Shown: in pieces, positions 22,689-35,249 of the stretch
How the letters are laid out: every line of letters begins with the position of its first letter
Numbering within the stretch: the first letter of the stretch is position 1
Origin: Diplonema japonicum
Lineage: Eukaryota; Protista; Euglenozoa: Diplonemea
Length of the DNA: 64,000 bases
Assembly: GCA_964019335.1 (NCBI GenBank)
Contig: OZ025661.1
Location: forward strand, 434,001 to 498,000
Direction of reading: 5' to 3'
Translations under genes and position numbers: made by a program
Notes under the pieces: generated by a model
The model's database searches: none
Told to the model about the DNA's origin: nothing
Seen by the model: only the letters and a program-made list of their open reading frames with translations

Positions 22689-23996
22689 TCAAAAAGGCGT
22701 CGTGACAGGAGAAGAGAAACGAGAGGCGGGCGTCCCACGGTACTTTCTATCCTTCCGCCCTTCAGACGAACCAGAAGACGATCGGGACAAGGAGGAATGA
22801 GAACGAGAAGGCGACTGCCAAGGCGAAGCACCTACTCGAGGCAACGCATTGGTAGGCCCACCGTAATACGCCTGCAGCTCCATCTCAGCAGTCTCCATCT
22901 GCTCAAGACAAGACTGGTCACGATCTGTTACGAAATCTGTTAACGTAACAGGAGGTGCACGGTGAAACGTTTTCCGGGGTTTTCCCTTAATGGCAACGTT
23001 CGCCATCACAAGAATCATGGCAAACCCGAGAACACCCAGAATTGGTGCGAGAATTTTCGTGCCTAAATCGTCTGGTTCTGATGTGCCGGCATCTGGTTCC
23101 TTCCAATTGGCGGAAGCTTCCAAATCAAATTCTTTCGACCCATCTTGCGTTGTTTTCAAATACTCCCCGTCGCAGAACGACTCCGCAGAAGTCTCACCAT
23201 TGTCCGTGCTCATCGGGCCCTTCTCAATTGCGAGAGAACGAAGTGCGACTAGCAACGCCGCATATTCACCTTCAATGGAATGCGCGTCGCGGATAATAAG
23301 GCACTCCATGTAAACACCATACCCTGCAGAGTAGTTTCGCCCGTTGGCTTCGTAAAGACCCGATAGTTCACCGCCGTTTTCGAAATATTTCGGGAGCTGG
23401 CATGTTGTGTTGGCCGATGGACCGCTAGGTTTCCGCCAGCTCTGATCTAACGGGCAGATGTAAGTCGGGGTTAGTGTGGTTGTTTTTTGAACAGACAGTT
23501 TCATCAAACCCTTGTAGAATTCAAGGTTGGTGTTTGAGAACGTGGTTTGCTTTTCATTCGTGTATTTCACGCCCACCGCCTTCCATTTTTTAGAACAGTC
23601 GACCTTTGGTATGTCGTTGAGTGGTGTGCTGTAGACAGTCACGCCTGGGCATGAGTATGAATTGCGTTCACCGAAGTCGCATTGGTACTTAGCTGGGACG
23701 CAGTTAATTGGAACTTTTGTATTGTCCTCTCGGGGGGCCTCTTGGACCACTATCATGTTCTCGCAGGCGCCCAGGCCTTCGCAGGTGATCTTGGCGCATC
23801 CTGCGTCTCGGATCACTGCCCCATAGCACACGCCCCTGCCCAGGCATTTAACTTCACCTCCCGCATCGCATTTTATATCCTTCCCCACGCACAGCTTGTC
23901 AATTGGATCATCGCACACCACCACTTGGTTGTCCCCCTGCACGTTACGTGCCCATATCAGACAGCATAGGACCGTTGTTATGAGATGGCTTTTCAT
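22689..23996 (-). CDS. Type I membrane protein (signal peptide, Cys-rich ectodomain, one TM helix)
   Basis: MKSHLITTVLCCLIWARNVQG signal peptide; ILAPILGVLGFAMILVMANVAI TM segment; Ser-rich tail. Confidence 0.75.
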   Translation of the reverse strand: MKSHLITTVLCCLIWARNVQGDNQVVVCDDPIDKLCVGKDIKCDAGGEVKCLGRGVCYGAVIRDAGCAKITCEGLGACENMIVVQEAPREDNTKVPINCVPAKYQCDFGERNSYSCPGVTVYSTPLNDIPKVDCSKKWKAVGVKYTNEKQTTFSNTNLEFYKGLMKLSVQKTTTLTPTYICPLDQSWRKPSGPSANTTCQLPKYFENGGELSGLYEANGRNYSAGYGVYMECLIIRDAHSIEGEYAALLVALRSLAIEKGPMSTDNGETSAESFCDGEYLKTTQDGSKEFDLEASANWKEPDAGTSEPDDLGTKILAPILGVLGFAMILVMANVAIKGKPRKTFHRAPPVTLTDFVTDRDQSCLEQMETAEMELQAYYGGPTNALPRVGASPWQSPSRSHSSLSRSSSGSSEGRKDRKYRGTPASRFSSPVTTPF

Positions 23997-24270
23997 TTAC
24001 ATATGAAAAAAAAGAGGGGGGGGGTTTGGGGGGGGGGTTTTATTTTATAAAAAAGGGTTTTTTCCTATTTTTTGTGGGGGGGTGACTGGGGTGGGGAACA
24101 AAAAAAGAAAAACAATTCTATCAAAAAAAAAAGAAATACACTTTTCTTTTTTTTCTTTCCCCCCTTCCGACCACCCCTGATGTATGATTTTTTTTAAATG
24201 GGTGGTGGGGAAGGCGGCTGATGGGTTGGGGGGGGGGGGGGGGGGGTTAGGTTAGTCTCGGACCGTAGTC

Positions 24271-24729
<459 letters not shown>

Positions 24730-24779
24730 CTAATAAAAAAAGAATGATAGAAACTTCATGTTCCCCTCAGACCGTAGTC

Positions 24780-25193
<414 letters not shown>

Positions 25194-25382
25194 TTAATTT
25201 CTTCCAAAAGATCTGTATGGAAAAAACAAAGAAAAGGGTGGGGGGGAAAAAAAACTTACAAAAAAAAGAGAGGGGAAAAAGAAGGGGGGGGGAAAAAACT
25301 GTTACAAAGTGACAAAAGAGGGAAATGGGGAATGAGGAGACCATTGTACAAAAAGAGGAAAATAAAGATAGCTTTTTTTTTT

Positions 25383-28300
25383 TTAAAAGATTGCCTGTGA
25401 AATGGTGGAGAGAAGGGAGGGCTCGCGCTGACAGAAGTGATGCCACTCGGAAGTTGCGAGTTGGCGATCTAGGTAGGGGTCCGAGAGGTTGAAGTAGGCA
25501 CGGACACGTGGGTCATCATAAGGGACGAAGGCTCTGTTCAAGACTCTCCTGAGGGACTTGTAACTAACGGAGCCGGAGGACCCTTGCATGTACCTCCAGA
25601 TCTCATCTGCCTCCCGCCCTTCATCGTGACGGTAACTAGTGGTGCTGGTAGTAGGAAGCAGCTTCGCAATCATTCGAGGGTTCCTGTCAGCAAACCTGAC
25701 CCACTCATCATAGTTTATCCGCCCATTATGGTTTGTGTCCATCGCATCGAAGAGATCACCCACAGTGTACTGGTCCCAAGGGAGCCCCGCCCGCACCACA
25801 GCATCCCTCAAATCTCTTCTAACTATATACGGTTTGCCTTGAGACAGCTCCGTCCAAGCCCTTTGGTCCTGGCGGCCATGCTCACTGTCTCTGTGGCTTG
25901 ATGTGTAGCTTCGCGTGGACGAAGGCACGGAACGTGTTTGCAGCTGTGATACAACACGCGGGTTCCTGTCAGCGAACCTGACCCACTCATCGTAGTTGAT
26001 GCGCCCCGTGTGGTCGGTGTCCATCGCATCGAAGAGATCGCCCACAGTGTACTGGTCCCAAGGGAGCCCCGCCCTGAGGAGCGCGTCTCTGATATCCCTT
26101 CTCAAGATGTATGGCTTTCCTTTTGCAAGGGTATTCCACACAGAGTGCCCAGGTCCATCCCTTGGATACCCGCTGCCGTGCACGCTTCCCAACGTGCTCT
26201 CAAAAGCAGTTCTCCCCATGCTCATGTTCGGTGTGTGCGCGCCATTGTCCGTCAGCTGTGCTGCCACACGTGGGTTCCTGTCCACGAACCTGACCCACTC
26301 ATCGAAGTTGATGCGCCCCGTGTGGTCGGTGTCCATCGCATCGAAGAGATCACCCACAGTGTACTGGTCCCAAGGGAGCCCTGCCCTCATCACAGCGTCT
26401 CTGATATCCCTTCTCAAGATGTATGGTTTGCCTTGCGAGAGACTAGACCACATGGGGTGCGATTTGCCTGAAGAGCGTGCCATAGGTGTGGTTGCCACGT
26501 GGCGGGGTCTCTCCTCCAACCGGGACAAGATCTGCGGGTTCCTCTCTGTGAACCTGACCCACTCATCGTAGTTGATGCGCCCCGTGTGGTCGGTGTCCAT
26601 CGCATCGAAGAGATCGCCCACAGTGTACTGGTCCCAAGGGAGCCCCGCTTTTATGAGAGCCTCTCTCAAGTCTCTTCTGAGGATGTACGGTTTGCCATGC
26701 GAGAGGTCGGCCCACATGCCGCCACTGTGCATCGAGCGGTCAGGCACACGTCTTGGACTCACGCGTGTTGCATCTCTCGTGTGTGACATATCTCTTGAGT
26801 GCCCTGTGTCCCTGTACCCTGTACGTGACGGCGACGGTGGCGGCGGTGGTGCGTAGCTAGTGCTAGTGCTATGGTACGGGTTCGCATCGAGCTTCGAAAC
26901 GATCGTTGAGTGCCTGTCAGCGAACCTGACCCACTCATCGTAGTTGATGCGCCCCGTGTGGTCGGTGTCCATCGCATCGAAGAGATCACCCACAGTGTAC
27001 TGGTCCCAAGGGAGCCCCGCCCTGATGAGAGCGTCTCTGATATCCCTTCGCAAGATGTATGGTTTGCCCTTCGCAAGGTCATCCCATACAGCGCGACCAG
27101 ACCCATCCCTCGAGTGCCCACCGGAATGCGTGCCCCCCAAAGTGCTCTCGAACACAGTCTTGCTCGTCGACGCGAAGTGATTGCTGTCTAACTGTGCCAC
27201 AGCCCGAGGGTTCCTGTCAGCAAACCTGACCCACTCATCAAAGTTGATGCGCCCCGTGTGGTCGGTGTCCATCGCATCGAAGAGATCACCCACAGTGTAC
27301 TGGTCCCAAGGGAGCCCTGCCCTCATCACAGCGTCTCTGATATCCCTTCTCAAGATGTATGGTTTGCCGTGAGCAAGATTCGACCAAATGGGATGCGACT
27401 CCGTGCTGCGGTCCACAGGGTGCACAGAAGGCGTGGCGGACGAGTGGTGAAGCCTCTCCTCAAGCTGCGTTATGGTTTGCGGGTTTCTATTTGCGAAACG
27501 CGCCCACTCATCGTAGTTGATGCGCCCCGTGTGGTCGGTGTCCATCGCATCGAAGAGATCGCCCACAGTGTACTGGTCCCAAGGGAGCCCCGCCCTGAGG
27601 AGCGCGTCTCTGATATCCCTTCGCAAGATGTATGGTTTGCCTTGAGCGAGATCGGACCACACGCTGGAAGGGGATCGAAGAATGGACGGCTGGGAGTGGC
27701 AGAGGTCCCACCAGGCGGACCAGGATAGAGGGGTAGATGGGAGGTGGGCGAGGTGGGGATGATCTGCGGGGTGGATGAGCCCAGACGATGAGAGTTCTTG
27801 CCATGCGTGTTCGACCTCCTGCGTCGTGTCCTTTTTAGCGAGGCAGCGACGGGAGACGTCGTGGAGGAGGGTTGGGTTGTTGTGGCAGAGGGACCACCAG
27901 TGGCTCCAGTCGATCCTCCCCATCAAAAGGCCTTCATCGTCGAAGTAACCCAACGCACGTGCATCGTCTTTTGTAAAGTAGTCCCGCCCGCCGCTGAGGC
28001 GGTTCCAGGTGGCCACGATGAGGCTGGTGTCGACTTTAGAAGCGCGCACCGAAGATGGAGAGAATGACCTGGAACGTGGTTTCTCAAAGAGAAGGTCTAG
28101 GAGCTGCGGAAAGTCGGCGGCGAAGCGTGCCCATTGTTGGTAGCTGACACGTCCCGTTCCACGTGTGTTGAGCCTTGCAAACCACTTTTCAACAGCATTG
28201 TAGTCCCACTGCGTCCCGCACTGCGAGAGCAAAGAGTGCACCTCACCAAGAAGCACGTATTTCTTCTCAGTCTTGTCAACCGAAGAGAAAATCGCTCGTA

Positions 28301-28715
28301 GCTTGAAATCGGTACTGTAGTCAATAACAGTTGGGTGGAGTGAAGTGACCACCGCCTCCCCATAGGGCTCTGGAATTGCCGACTGGGCTGGCTCCCTTCC
28401 TGTCCGATCTTCAGGTTGAAATACATATAGCTGTCCCCCATTGGTCATAAATTGCACGTCAGTCATGTCCCGCCACCTTTTGTCTCTTGTGTAGCTTTGT
28501 ATCTGATCAATCTCGAAAGTCCCCCTTGCGCTGTGGGCCTGGGCCTCCCTGTCATAGTGCCATCTGCATACGCTTATCAGCTCCTCCATGCTTGGTCTCC
28601 CCCTCTTGAACACAAACCTTACATTGTGTTTTCTATCTAGAATGTCCGTTGCCACGTTAACGGTGAACTTGCTCACGCCCCTTTCTCCTGGCTCCAGAGA
28701 AATTCCACCGCCCAT
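25383..28715 (-). CDS. BILBO1-like N-terminal domain + EF-hand repeat protein (probable cytoskeletal/flagellar pocket)
   Basis: FTVNVATDILDRKHNVRFVF..RPSMEEL..W..QLYVFQ matches the BILBO1 N-terminal pattern. Seven near-identical LFDAMDT(D/N)H(T/N)GRIN(Y/F)DEW EF-hand modules follow. Confidence 0.8.
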   Translation of the reverse strand: MGGGISLEPGERGVSKFTVNVATDILDRKHNVRFVFKRGRPSMEELISVCRWHYDREAQAHSARGTFEIDQIQSYTRDKRWRDMTDVQFMTNGGQLYVFQPEDRTGREPAQSAIPEPYGEAVVTSLHPTVIDYSTDFKLRAIFSSVDKTEKKYVLLGEVHSLLSQCGTQWDYNAVEKWFARLNTRGTGRVSYQQWARFAADFPQLLDLLFEKPRSRSFSPSSVRASKVDTSLIVATWNRLSGGRDYFTKDDARALGYFDDEGLLMGRIDWSHWWSLCHNNPTLLHDVSRRCLAKKDTTQEVEHAWQELSSSGLIHPADHPHLAHLPSTPLSWSAWWDLCHSQPSILRSPSSVWSDLAQGKPYILRRDIRDALLRAGLPWDQYTVGDLFDAMDTDHTGRINYDEWARFANRNPQTITQLEERLHHSSATPSVHPVDRSTESHPIWSNLAHGKPYILRRDIRDAVMRAGLPWDQYTVGDLFDAMDTDHTGRINFDEWVRFADRNPRAVAQLDSNHFASTSKTVFESTLGGTHSGGHSRDGSGRAVWDDLAKGKPYILRRDIRDALIRAGLPWDQYTVGDLFDAMDTDHTGRINYDEWVRFADRHSTIVSKLDANPYHSTSTSYAPPPPPSPSRTGYRDTGHSRDMSHTRDATRVSPRRVPDRSMHSGGMWADLSHGKPYILRRDLREALIKAGLPWDQYTVGDLFDAMDTDHTGRINYDEWVRFTERNPQILSRLEERPRHVATTPMARSSGKSHPMWSSLSQGKPYILRRDIRDAVMRAGLPWDQYTVGDLFDAMDTDHTGRINFDEWVRFVDRNPRVAAQLTDNGAHTPNMSMGRTAFESTLGSVHGSGYPRDGPGHSVWNTLAKGKPYILRRDIRDALLRAGLPWDQYTVGDLFDAMDTDHTGRINYDEWVRFADRNPRVVSQLQTRSVPSSTRSYTSSHRDSEHGRQDQRAWTELSQGKPYIVRRDLRDAVVRAGLPWDQYTVGDLFDAMDTNHNGRINYDEWVRFADRNPRMIAKLLPTTSTTSYRHDEGREADEIWRYMQGSSGSVSYKSLRRVLNRAFVPYDDPRVRAYFNLSDPYLDRQLATSEWHHFCQREPSLLSTISQAIF

Positions 28716-29057
28716 ATTTTTTTTTTTTGTTTTTGTTTTGTTTTCCCCCCTTTTTTGGTTTGCTTTCCCCCCCTTTTTTCCAACAGGTGTGCAAACTATT
28801 CAGTATACAAAAAAAAAGAGGGGAAGAAAAGAAAGAAACAGGAGGATGGGGGGGGTATAAGAAAATTGAGGGGGGCGGGGTACGCAAAAAAAAAAAGAAA
28901 GAAAAAAAAAAGAAAGAAAAAAGAGACACAAAGGAAGGCTTTGCGTTGTATTTCTTCTTCTCCCTCGCCTTGGCCAAGATGAAAGGCAACCCCGGACAAA
29001 GCTCGGAAACAAGAAGAAAGAAAAAAAAATAAAAGTAGAATAACAAAAAAGTGCGAC

Positions 29058-29088
<31 letters not shown>

Positions 29089-29448
29089 GCGTGTATGGAT
29101 ATCGGGAGAAGGGGACTAGGCGGGATGTACACTTAAGAACATTTTTTTTCTCCCCTCAGCCCTTTCTGCTTCCCTCTTCATCCCCGCTCCTTCTCTCTCT
29201 CTCTCTCTCTCTCTCCATCTCTCTTATGCTTTTTTTTTCTTACGACCTCTGCACGGTTCTTCTTTTTTTTCTATTTTTTTCCCTTTCTTCTTCTTCCCGC
29301 CTTCACTGAAGGCGAAAGACGGTTCTATTGTAGATGGGGGGGGGGGGGGGGGGGGGCGAGAGGAAGGGAACCGTTCTCCTCAATTCCCAATCAAGCATAG
29401 AGATGAGAGAGATGAGAGAGAAAGAGAGAGAGAGAGATCAGAAAATAT

Positions 29449-30564
29449 CTAATTGGTGATTTCATAAGGACCCACAGTAGGGAGGATCTCATGGAGCTGT
29501 GTGTGTGTGTGTGTTTCCCCCCCCCCCCCCCCCCAGTTATTTATTCAATGTACCTGAACGCAGTGCTGCAGCCACTCAGCTCTTACGACAACGAGGTTCT
29601 TTGCGGTGCCTTCTTTTACAATGAGCGATCTGGAAGAAGAGAAAAAAAAAGGGATTTATTTTTTTTATTTCCTCCCTTTTTTTTCATACTTCTCATCTTC
29701 AGGGGCAACCACCAAATGAGTCGCTTCCGCCTCCCCCACGTTGCTAGATTCCTTTGCGGACCAACTTTTTGCAAGGGTTTTTAACTGTGTGAAAAAAGTT
29801 GTGGAATGGAAAAAAAAAAAAAAAAAATATATATATACCGAATCGGGTACATTCTTCGTGAACACTAGGGAGAAGTCTTGGAAGAGGGGCTGCGGTTGTT
29901 GAGGAGGCACCAACCACATGAAGTTTCCCTCCTCAGAAAGAGCATGGGAGGGTCTCGTGGCAAGCTTTGCGGCTCCCCCAGAGGTTGCCTTCGTGGCGAT
30001 GTTGTTAAGCTGATCGACATAAGCATCCGTGAGGTCCTTTGTCGTTCCCTGAACTGAGGCAGCGACCAATTTCTTTTGAGGGAGGGTTAAATTGTACGGG
30101 TCTTCGTCAAGCCGAACCCCTAGGGAGACAGACTGGTAGTACCACTCAGAGCACACGACTTTAACATTGCCCATTTTTTGCGATTTTCTCACCTTGTCCG
30201 ATCGTTCGAATCCTTCCTTGTAGATGAGATGGGTCATGTCCATGGTTATTTCATTGAGCGGTGATGCACCTCGCTGCTCTGCCTCTTGCCATTCCTTCCA
30301 TTCTGACCAATGAGGGATTGATCGTGGGATAATACCGGTGAAGACGCACCTGACGCCCTCGAAAATTTGCGGTATTCCCTCCTTGTCTAACGGTTTTCTA
30401 TACTGGCACCCAGGGCACGTTGGGGTGTTGCAGTCCCTGCTGCAGCCTGGGCATTTCCACTGCCCGGTATCTATTTCGCCTTTTGTACCGCAACCGGCAC
30501 AAACGCTCACCGTTGCCTTATTCACTATACCGCATGTGCCACATGACCATCTAGCAGCTTTCAT
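29449..30564 (-). CDS. RanBP2-type zinc fingers + two BRCT domains, 3 introns
   Basis: WSCGTCG.N..CAGC and WKCPGC fingers; IFEGVRCVFTG..THLI..VVCSEW BRCT. Splicing gives a second BRCT, LFQDFSL..THLVV..VVRAEWLQHCV. Confidence 0.85.
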
Positions 30565-31699
30565 GGCTACAGGGTCCCCCCTTTTCTGTTGGAAAAAAGA
30601 ATTTTTCGGGGGAAAAAAAAAGGGGAAAAAAAAGGAGAAGAGAGAATTTCTTTTGGGACGGGACGGGGGGGGTGGGTAAAAAAAAAGAAAGAAAGAAAGA
30701 AAGAAAGAAATACAAAGCAAAAAAGAAAAAAAAATGGTGAGGAGGGGATGGGGGTGGGGGGGATATAAAAAAAAAGAATAATAAAAAAAAAAAGGGAGGA
30801 GTAAAAGGGAGGGAAAAAAAATATAAAAGAGAAACAAAAAAAAAGAAGGGGAAAAAAAAAGAGGGCAAAACTAAAAATACACTTTTTTCTTTGCGTGTGG
30901 CTCATATGAAAAAAAAAAAATAATTGAAAAATAAAAAGGGACAAAAAACAAAGGGGGGATGTGAGCAAAAAAAAAAAGTGGGCAGAAGAAGGAAAACATA
31001 CAACAAGGGACGGGGTAAAAATCTGTTTAGGGGTGCCCCTTTTTTTTCTTCTCTTTTCCCACGAGTGATCAAAAAAATAGATAACAATAAGTAAGAAGAA
31101 AGAAAGAAAAAGCGGGAGAAAAGAAAGAATAAAGAACAATAGACAAGAAAATCTTTTTTTTTTTCACGCAATATAATTTTCTTCACCTTTTTCTTTTTAT
31201 TTTTTTTTCCTCTTCTTCTACCTTTTAATCTTTCTTTCTTTTTTTAAATCGAAGGTGGCTCTGGCAGACTCCCACCCTCGGGCCCTCCGGGGGGATAAAG
31301 GGTTTCTTCTTCTTCAAGAAAAGAAGAAAAATATAATGGGGAATCACATACATAAATTTTGAAAACGGAGGATGGGGGGCCCTTTTTTTTCTCATCTTGT
31401 TTTTTTTTTTTTACTATAGATATTTTTTTTTGCTGTTTTTTTCTCTCTCTCTTTTTCTTCTCTCTTAACACACCCCTCCCTTTCTCTTTCTCAATTCGGA
31501 AAAAAAAAGAAAATAAAAAGAAAAGTACATGGGGATTATTTTTTTTGGATCGCAGATATAAAGTAAAAAAAAAGGGGGGGGGAGGGGGGAAACGGAGGAA
31601 CGGGGAGGGGTAAATAATTCGCCAAAACTAATGACGATTTTGTAAAAAAAAAAAAAAAAAATATAGTGTCAAAAAAAAAAAAAAAAAAAAAAACCTCAC

Positions 31700-34600
31700 T
31701 CACCTAGACATAGGGGACCCCCACTTAGGAGACCCAGATTTTTGACCAGGGGACGCGGAGGCAGACCTCTTGCTACGCCTGTTTTTTCTCAGGGGGGAAC
31801 GGGAGGTGGCAACAGGAAGGGGTGAGTCGTTGTTTTCCGGTGACGCCCATTCGTCAAAATTCCCACCCACACAAGGGGGCGCCTCGGACTGGAATGCGGA
31901 CACGGCCATGGCTGCCCTCGCCACCGAGGCACGGTTAATGGGGAAAGAAGTGAGCTGAGCGGAGTACGACCTAGCCAGCTCAAGGAACTCACACAGGTCA
32001 GCAGAGCAACCCATGTTTTTGTCGGCAGCGGGAGTCCTCTCCAGGGCAGACTCAAGCTGGTGAGCCAGTTCCCTGTACTTGATTTCCCTCCTCGACACAT
32101 CGTTCAGTACTGAAATCTGGTCCTGAATCTTATTGTTGTATTCCTCTAGCTGTGTGGTGAGCCTCCTGTGCTGTTCTGACATTGCCTTCTCGTGGTCGGC
32201 CTTCAGCTTCTTCACCGCCTCGTAGTGCTGTCCTCTCATCTCGTCCAACCTCTCTAGGTTTTCCTCTTCCTCGCTTCTCCTCTTGCTGTCCGACTCCTCC
32301 TGCACCCTCGACATGTCCCTCTTCAACGCGTACTCCAGCTTCTCACGCTTCTCGAGGTGTTCCTTGCGGATCATGTCGTCGTTCTCCTTTTGACGTCGCT
32401 GCACCTCTTCGATCCTCCTTCGCAAGTCTTCGTTCTAATTGGGTTTTGTTTTTGTTTTTTGTTTTGTTGTCATACCTCCACCGTGAGCTTGCTCTTCGTG
32501 CTCTCCATCTCCAGCTTGTGCTTGTATTCCTGTTCTGCGATCCTGTCGTTGGCATCGTTCTCGACCTTGTGGAGCCTTTCCCTGTACTCGTAGACCTGTG
32601 GTGTTTGTGAGGTTTTTATTTTTATTTTATTTTGTTTTATTTATTTATTTATTTTTTTTTTTTAATTGGAGAGAGGGGGAAAGATAATACCTTTGCTTCG
32701 TTAGTGGACGCCTCGTGTTCCGTTCGGGTCACAAGGTCCCTGAGCTCACCGGCCTCTTTCGAAAGGATGTCGGTCTGTTAGAAGAAATATTAAAGGTTTT
32801 TTTTTTGGATGTGTACCTCTTCTTCCTTCAGCTTCAGCAGCTCGCTGATGGCACCATATTCCTTTGATGCGGTCTCAAGAACAGCGTCCATCTCCATCCT
32901 GTGGGGTGCCTTGCAGGGGAGGGGTTTTCATACTTGTGGTTGTTCTGGACCTCCTCAAGCTGCTTGTTCAAGTTCTTCTCAGCCGTGAGCCTCTTCTGCT
33001 TCTCCACCCACTGCAGGCCGTAGGCCTTGGCAAGCACTGCCTCTTTGTTTTGCTTCGTTTCCTCAATCTCGGCCTGTTGTCGCTTAAGCAAAGTCTAGCA
33101 GGACATACCCTGAGTGTGGTCTCGTTGGCCTTGTTCTCCTCGTGGAGCTTCCTCAGGTTCGAGGCCTCCCTCTTGATAGCAGCAAGCTGGCTCTCTCTGC
33201 TCTCTTGCTCCTCCTGTTGTGCGTGGACAAGTGCTGTTATTCTGTGCGTACCTTCAACTTGTTCATCTCCTGTGCCTCACGCTGCGCTTTTTCCTTCTGC
33301 TTCCTCATCACCACCATCTGGAAGGAGTGCTGGAAGGCCTGCTGGTATCTCTTCTCAACCTCCTCATCCTTCTCAAGCAACACACGCTTCAGCTCCTCCT
33401 CCTGCGCAGCAAGGGTATCTTGCCCAATGCGGATCTGTATTGATGGTAAGTGTTATAACATTTTCTGCGATACCTCATCTTCAAGCTCCTGCAGCTGCTT
33501 GGGTGTGTACCCATCGGCAGCCTGCCTTTGAAGCTCCTCCTGCAAGGACGCAAGCTTCTCCTTCAAAAGGAGGTTCTGCTTAGCCTTGGTGTCCTCGTTG
33601 ACACGCACGATGTTGATGATCCTACGTGCCTGCGAGGCGTAACGGAGGGTGTTGATGGACTCTTCGCTGTTGTCATAATGAGGCGAGACACAGGCAACCA
33701 TCATGGTCTTGGAGTTTCCACCAAGAGAGTGCGACAGCAGCATGGTGAGGACGGAGTCACGGTAGGGCACCTGCTTGGGCTGGTGCCTGTTCTGGCTGTT
33801 GTGCACGAGCGCGTCGATCACACGCTTCAAGGTAGTCAGCGACAAGTTGATGTTGGTGGCTTCGATCAGACGCTCGCCAGCAGCTTGCGACTTCTTGTTC
33901 CTCTCAGACCCGGCCAAGTCGATCAAGTTGAGAACACTGTACTTCCTGTTCGTCACGGGTTTCTCGTACCTCTCCTGAGGGATCGAAGTCTCCACCTGTG
34001 TGAACTTGATCTGGAACACAGAGTGCGACCTAGACGACTCGCTGTTCATGGCAGTGGCACCTGTTGTTCTCTGCGCGTTACCGTCTTCGATGTCCCTGAT
34101 GCAGTCCTCCCAGCTGGACGGGTTCAGCTTCGAGATCCCGTCAACGAAAGGACCGTCCAGAGGGTGCTTCCTCACCTTCAGTTCGTCCTTGGCCTTCCTC
34201 CCCGGGGTGTGCGTGAAGAACAAGTCCCTCACTCTCTCGTTGTAGATTTCGTAGGCGCATAGCTCCGTCTCGAACTTGACGGTGATGAGCTTCCTGGTCT
34301 CCTCCTCTTCCTTCTTCCTGTCGATCGACTGGTACAGCTCCTTACACAGCAGAGGGATCACACCGGGGTTGCCATGGAGCTCACCGTTCTCCGCTGTGAA
34401 GTGTCCCATCATGGTATGGGTTTTACCGGCACCGGTCTGGCCGTAGGCGAAGATACAGGTGTTGAACCCTTTCCAGGCGTTCTGGAGGGCAGGGGCACCC
34501 ATGTGGTCGAAGAGCTTGTATTGCGTGCAGAACTCGTGGTCGTACGGCTGCTGCTCGGGGGTCACACTCCACATGCATCTGTCGAAGTCGAAGATCTCTG

Positions 34601-35159
34601 CGGTGGCGTACTCATCTTCGTCGTCATCCTCGTTCCTGAGCTTCTCCAAGAACTGCACCTGGCCGTTGGGACCATCGGGCATGTCGATGATGGATCGCAG
34701 CATGGAGTCGGAGTGCTGGTTGTGAATGTTGATCTCACGCTGGTTGAACGGACGCACACGCAGGAACACCTTCACGTTGTTGGTCTGCTCGCCTCCGTCT
34801 TCACCAGTGCCGGGCTCGTTCCTCTTCATCGACACCCTCCTCTTACGCGGGGAGCTCGAGGGCCCCGGGCTGCCACTCGGCGTCGTTGGCGACTGCCTCC
34901 CGATACTGTTGTTCAGGTTGTTGTTGAACCCAACACTCCTCCTCTGCCCACCGGGAAGGCTGCTCACCGATAGCTGCATCTCCTGAGGACTTTCCCCACC
35001 CTGACTCATCCTCTTTCCAAGGGGTGACTTAGGTGTGGTCCCACCAAGGGCGGGCGATTTGGGCGACTTTAAATTCGACAGGTTTGCCTTCGCGCTCTCC
35101 CTTCGCGATTCGCCGACAGACTTCCTCTTTGCCGCGGTCGCTGAGTCCGGAAGAGGCAT
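31700..35159 (-). CDS. Kinesin (kinesin-3-like motor) with coiled-coil tail, 7 small introns in the tail
   Basis: Motifs VFLRVRPF, IFAYGQTGAGKT, SSRSHSVF, LIDLAGSE, SLGGNSKT. The tail exons join in frame via GTA...AG introns down to ORF 31700-32425. Confidence 0.92.
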
Positions 35160-35249
35160 CTTGGATCTTATAACTTGGTCCTGTGGGGTTTAAAAAAAAG
35201 AAAAAAAAAAGCATGTAGACAAAGAAAAACAGATAACAAGAAGACGCCT

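Noticed and set aside
25670-27660. Regularly spaced near-identical repeats with variable spacers (CRISPR-like look)
   Set aside because: The repeats are ~170-bp in-frame EF-hand coding modules in a eukaryotic gene, with no cas genes.
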